From the NCBI GenBank assembly GCA_907165135.1, contig OU015566.1:4526001-4590000 (forward strand): a stretch of 64,000 bases of DNA, in the 5' to 3' direction. Under the pieces are notes generated by a model that saw only the letters and a list, made by a program, of their open reading frames with translations, did not search any database and had not been told where the DNA came from. Positions 59,711-64,000 of this stretch are shown here, piece after piece. The translations under genes and the position numbers were made by a program. Origin of the DNA: Oikopleura dioica (lineage: Eukaryota > Animalia > Chordata). Numbering within the stretch: position 1 is the stretch's first letter; every line of letters begins with the position of its first letter.

Positions 59711-62029
59711 CTACATGTATGCCATTTGCTGAGTCATGTATTCTTGATACGCGTTCTGCTCGGCTTCGGTCATTTGCTCGACCAGAGACGGGTCTTCTGA
59801 TATTTCCTCGTAGCTGTATTCTTTTCCTGAAAGAAAAGGGTTGAAAGACATTTCTAAGGCAGAAAAACGCGTTACCTTGTACAGTAAGAGCGTCAGAATC
59901 GATAAACTCATCCTCGCTTGACTCTTCAATCGGATCTCTTGCTCTTGGATTGACTGGTTTGGGCTTGACGATCGCTGGCTGTTCTGTATTCCGCAGGAGA
60001 TCGTCGATATCTTCGATTTCGTCGTCTCTTCTTACAGGCTAAAGTGGGTAAGAAAGCTAGAAAAGAGATTGATTTGCACCTTGAAAGTATTTCCAGTCTC
60101 GAAATCGGCCAAATAGTCTTCGTCTTTTTGACAACCGTAGAATTGACCAGCCAGGATGGTTGTTCCTTCGCAACTTTTGTTTCCTGAAGAAAAGTAAGGG
60201 TAGATAGAGAGAAAACATCATGAAGCCGCTGACTTGCCTTGACATTTTCCTCGTGGTCGATAATAATATTGATGTCATCCGCGAATCCAGGTCTACTAGC
60301 TCCACTTCGCCAGCCATCGCCATCCTTCGGTTGACTAGATTCTGTTTTTCGAGTGACTCTTCCATCGGATCCGACGAAGACATCGTCATCTTTGTCGCTG
60401 TGGAGATACTGGACGAAGGAGGGATTGGGATCTGTCATCGTTGGCGTGAATTCGATGTTCTCTGTCTCTCTCAATGCCTAAAAGTGATCATGATTCCCTT
60501 CATGAGCGATTTGAACATACGTCGTAAATAGGAGCAATTTGCGTGTTAAACTTCGCCAGCAACGTCCTCGAATCCGTCTTCGGCCCAGCTGACGCATCCT
60601 CTTCAACTTCAGATCTACAGTAACTACAGAACAACTTCCCACTCATCGGATCGAGCAACTGATCGACCTGCAGATCGGTGTAAGTGTTTTTGCACATTGG
60701 GCAGATGAAACTCGCGCGATTGGAATTATCTCGCTAAGAAAAAGGGCTGAAGAAAGAAGAAGGAATGAGGGTGTAGTACCTCTTGCGATTCGATCTTTTC
60801 GCGCATTTTATGAAGCTTGAACTTGATGATGTTGATTGTTGTTCTTTAATAAGGTCAAAAAGAAGAAGTAATAAAGGTTGGACTCGGCAACAGGTAAGGA
60901 AAAACTGGGTCAGAATTGAAGAGATCTTAGAGGAAAAGCCGCGTAGCGGCTTTACGAAAACGAAGCCGCGAAGCGGCTTCGGAAAAGATCAATTCGAACC
61001 TTTGTCTTAGTTTTACGAAGCCCAAACAAGGATGTGAAATAGATTTGACCCATTCCTGTAATTAATAAAATAGTAAACAAATTTGCTCTTCGGAACGACT
61101 CCATTTTCATCAGGCTCTGCTCCCGGCGTTGGTTCAGAAAGCGTCTTCGATTTGAGAATCTTTTCCATTTTCATCGTCGTCAAAATCGCTCGCAACTGCT
61201 TCTTGTCGAATTTACACAGCGTCAGGATTTCTTCTTCTTTTATGCAGCGATTTCGTATCAGAATATCGAGAACTAAACAGAAGAATCACATGAAGGAACT
61301 CATTCGTTTGAAAAAATGGGCTTTGACTAATTGAAAATCTCGAACACTTTTTTCAAAATTGAAAAAGACACTCTTGGGACATCAGAAAAATTAGTGGCCG
61401 CTCGTTATGAAAAACGCAATAGAAAGAAAATGAGAGCGGCGATATACTTTTTTCTTGTTACTTTTTCTTTGGCGAAATTTTGCTTCCGACCGGGGTCGAT
61501 GGAGGAGCGTAATCATTTCAAGTTGATTCTCGATTGGTCTAGGAAAAAGTGGCGAGATCCGTAGCTTGGATCAGAAACCTGAGTCCCAACCCTGAGTCAG
61601 GGCCTGAAAGCTTCGCTCGGCAGCCTTTGTAGAAATCCTGAGTCAGGGAAAAAAAGATCTTCGTCATCCAGAATCAGGATTTCTACACAGGTTGCCAAGC
61701 GCAGCTTTCACGCCCTGACTCAGGTTTCGCACACAGGTTTCTGAGCCCAGATCAGTAGATTAAGTAGACCTAATTTACGAAAATGGTCATTTTTGAAAGA
61801 AAAAATCACCCCCTTTTCAACAAAAAAGGCCTGAAATGCACCCCTAGAGGAGGACCTGGAAAAGGAAGAAAACGATATTTTGCTCTGCGAAAATTCAGTA
61901 CAAATCAGAATAATTGAAAATAAACTTACTGAGAGAATGTTCAAAACTGTAGAATGCACGGAGCATAATTCGCACGAGTCGTTTCAGGTTTTCGGGAATA
62001 TCGTCATTTGTCTGGTCTTCTGTTTCCAT
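59711..62029 (-). CDS. GTF2E1: Transcription initiation factor IIE subunit alpha
   Basis: [76 protein letters not shown], acidic C-terminus [17 protein letters not shown]. Confidence 0.95.
61563..61749. mobile_element. Nested MITE family A pair in GTF2E1 intron 1
   Basis: Outer cctgagtcagggcctgaaag ... ctttcacgccctgactcagg encloses inner tgtagaaatcctgagtcagg ... tcaggatttctacacaggttgccaagc. Confidence 0.75.
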
Positions 62030-62730
62030 TCTCAAGAATTTAATTTTTTTAATTAAAAAAAATTGATTTTTTTTTAGATGAACCACAGATAAATATTTCT
62101 CTTTTGAAGATATTTCAGATTTTCAAAAATATTGAGATTTATCAAGATTTGGAAAATTAGCTCTTTCTCTCTTGAGAAATTCCCACCGCTCGGGGAGGAG
62201 CGCGCCGCGCGGAGGACCTCGCGCGCTGGAAGACGAGACTAAAAAATGCTTTTTTTCTAGAGAAATAAAGAAGCATGTGTTTTTCTTGTTGTTGTTTATT
62301 GAATTGGTTATTCTGACGATAAATTTGTGTAGACAGCTATTCCTACAATCATGATGAGGAAGATAATGACAACTAGCAGGAATTGAAAGTTTTTCGCGCT
62401 GTCTTCAAAAGAGGTTGAAATATTATTCCACTTGATTTTGAGCAGAAAGATTATTTGATTAAAGCTTTATTGACGTGTCTTTTCGTAATAATTTTCGGAC
62501 TCGAAGTGTTATGATGATAAATAACAATAATTTTTGTTTAAAATTTGTAATGCCACATTTTTGCTCTGTTAAAATCAACTGAGAATAAATTCATAATTTC
62601 CTTCATCGAGAATGAGGATTTCTATGTGAAATCACCATTCTCGATAAAAGAGCTTACGGGTGCTCATGAGCGCGCTCAAAAAGCGCTCAAACTCGCTGTT
62701 TTTTCTTATGATAACGAAATTTCCTCTTAA

Positions 62731-63432
62731 GGGGGGTAGAACTAGGTTTTGCGAAAAACCGTGATTTTCGTAAGGCATTTTAAATAAGAAAAATCTATTT
62801 TTACTTATGATCACGCAATTTCCTAAAAAATGTTGCTAAATAATGGGTAATACTAACTTAACATGAGATTTAAAAAGTTTAGCTAGTTACGTGAGTCGAG
62901 AAATTTGAGGACGCGAATACGCTAAAATTGCTATTTTCGAAGAGGTGGGCTGATGTTTCGCTCTCTAGCGCCAAAATGTGTTGACGAAAAAAAAATTTAA
63001 GAAAAATATTGTTAGATCTAAGTTTGTTCTATCTTCAGCCGAAGAGAGAATTTGAAAATCTAAGCTCTCCTAGCTTTGAGCGCCGGTCTAGAATCGGCTT
63101 TTTTCGAAAAACCTACAGTAGTTCTACCCCCTTAAATGTTGCTAGAAAAAGTATTCAACTATCTTTAAATGGATTCTAAAAATTTGGCAAGTCATATGAC
63201 TCGAGAAATTTGAGGACGCGAATGGGCTAAAATCGTTATTTTTGAAGAGATGGGTTGACATTTTGCTCTCTTCCGCAAAAATCTGTTGACGAAAAAATTT
63301 TTAAGAAAAATGTTGTTAGATCTACGTTTGCTCTTTCTTCAGCCGAAGAGAAAATTTGAATGTCTAAGCTCATCTGGCTTTGAGCGCCAGTCTAGAATTG
63401 GCTATTTTCGAAAAATCAAGTTCTACCCCCTT
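62731..63432. mobile_element. TTAA-flanked MITE (62731-63131) plus tandem partial copy (63136-63432)
   Basis: ttaa|ggggggtagaacta ... tagttctaccccc|ttaa; the following ~300 bp repeat the 3' part and end in agttctaccccc. Confidence 0.85.
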
Positions 63433-63719
63433 TAGGCCCTTATTGTTAGAAAATTACGCTTCTCAGCAAAATACATCGCATTTTCCACCATCCGCTGACT
63501 AAATTTTCGTCGTTCAAATTTCAACCCGCTTATTTTCGAGAGCTACAGAAGTTCAAACCAAATTTTTGCGGTAATTAATTCTCACATGTTGTTTTGAATT
63601 TCCATCTGCCGGTTCTGCATTTGTCTCTTTCCCAACGAATTCGCTTGTGAATTATTCCATCTGCCGGTCTTATAAAATCAGATTTAAGCTCACTCACAAT
63701 TCATCAAAACAAAAAAAAA

Positions 63720-64000
63720 ATGAAGGTTTTTGTCGGACTCGTTCTCGCCGTCCAGGCCAACGTCAGATCCAGCAACATCTGCAAGTGGGAATGCGACAAA
63801 GCCCACGAAGCCGATCTCGAAGCCTGCGTTCCCTCATCGACGACCACGATGCTTACCACCAATGCCGAGTCGAAGCGGACGAGAAGCAGAAGGTTTGCAC
63901 CGATCCCTGCGGCGACTGCCACAAAAACTGCAACGTCGCGCACCACGAAGACAAGCTCAAGTGCGATCAAATTCAAAACCACCAGGAACACCAGAAGTGC
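63720..64000 (+). CDS. Secreted His/Cys-rich repeat protein (partial; apparent 1-nt deletion near 63828-63832)
   Basis: MKVFVGLVLAVQA signal; ICKWECDKAHEADLEAC then, after a -1 shift, SLIDDHDAYHQCRVEADEKQKVCTDPCGDCHKNCNVAHHEDKLKCDQIQNHQEHQKC open to the window end. Confidence 0.7.
   Translation, partial: MKVFVGLVLAVQANVRSSNICKWECDKAHEADLEACVPSSTTTMLTTNAESKRTRSRRFAPIPAATATKTATSRTTKTSSSAIKFKTTRNTRS

Noticed and set aside
1-64000. Prokaryotic operons, rRNA, tRNA, CRISPR or autonomous transposon
   Set aside because: Genes are intron-split with eukaryotic products; no cloverleaf, rRNA-like tract, repeat-spacer array or transposase/RT ORF was recognised.

Overview
Eukaryotic, gene-dense window with many 30-70 nt introns. 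Frequent GA-AG/GG-AG introns, closely spaced co-oriented genes, TTAGGG-like repeats and a Cys-rich/Kelch secreted gene point to the appendicularian tunicate Oikopleura (probably O. dioica); this is an inference, no search was run. About 24 spliced genes were traced by hand. Recognisable ones are gelsolin, three tandem SLC22-like transporters, SURF4, SLC6, a DEG/ENaC channel, SLC16, YPEL, an astacin-EGF-vWA protease, a copine-like C2C2 protein, MFSD11, calpain, TBC1D13 and GTF2E1; several others are orphans. No rRNA, tRNA, CRISPR array or autonomous transposase was seen, but non-autonomous MITE/foldback elements are abundant. The most striking system is transposon-made introns. hAT-type MITEs with 8-bp target-site duplications sit inside conserved coding sequence of SURF4 and TBC1D13 and must be spliced out, two unrelated genes share a homologous GG-AG intron, and a 748-bp TTAA foldback regenerates a splice acceptor. 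Other highlights: an orphan helical-repeat protein, a 72-aa secreted peptide precursor candidate, a His/Cys-rich secreted repeat protein and several unusual domain architectures. Exon boundaries are manual inferences and need RNA-seq.
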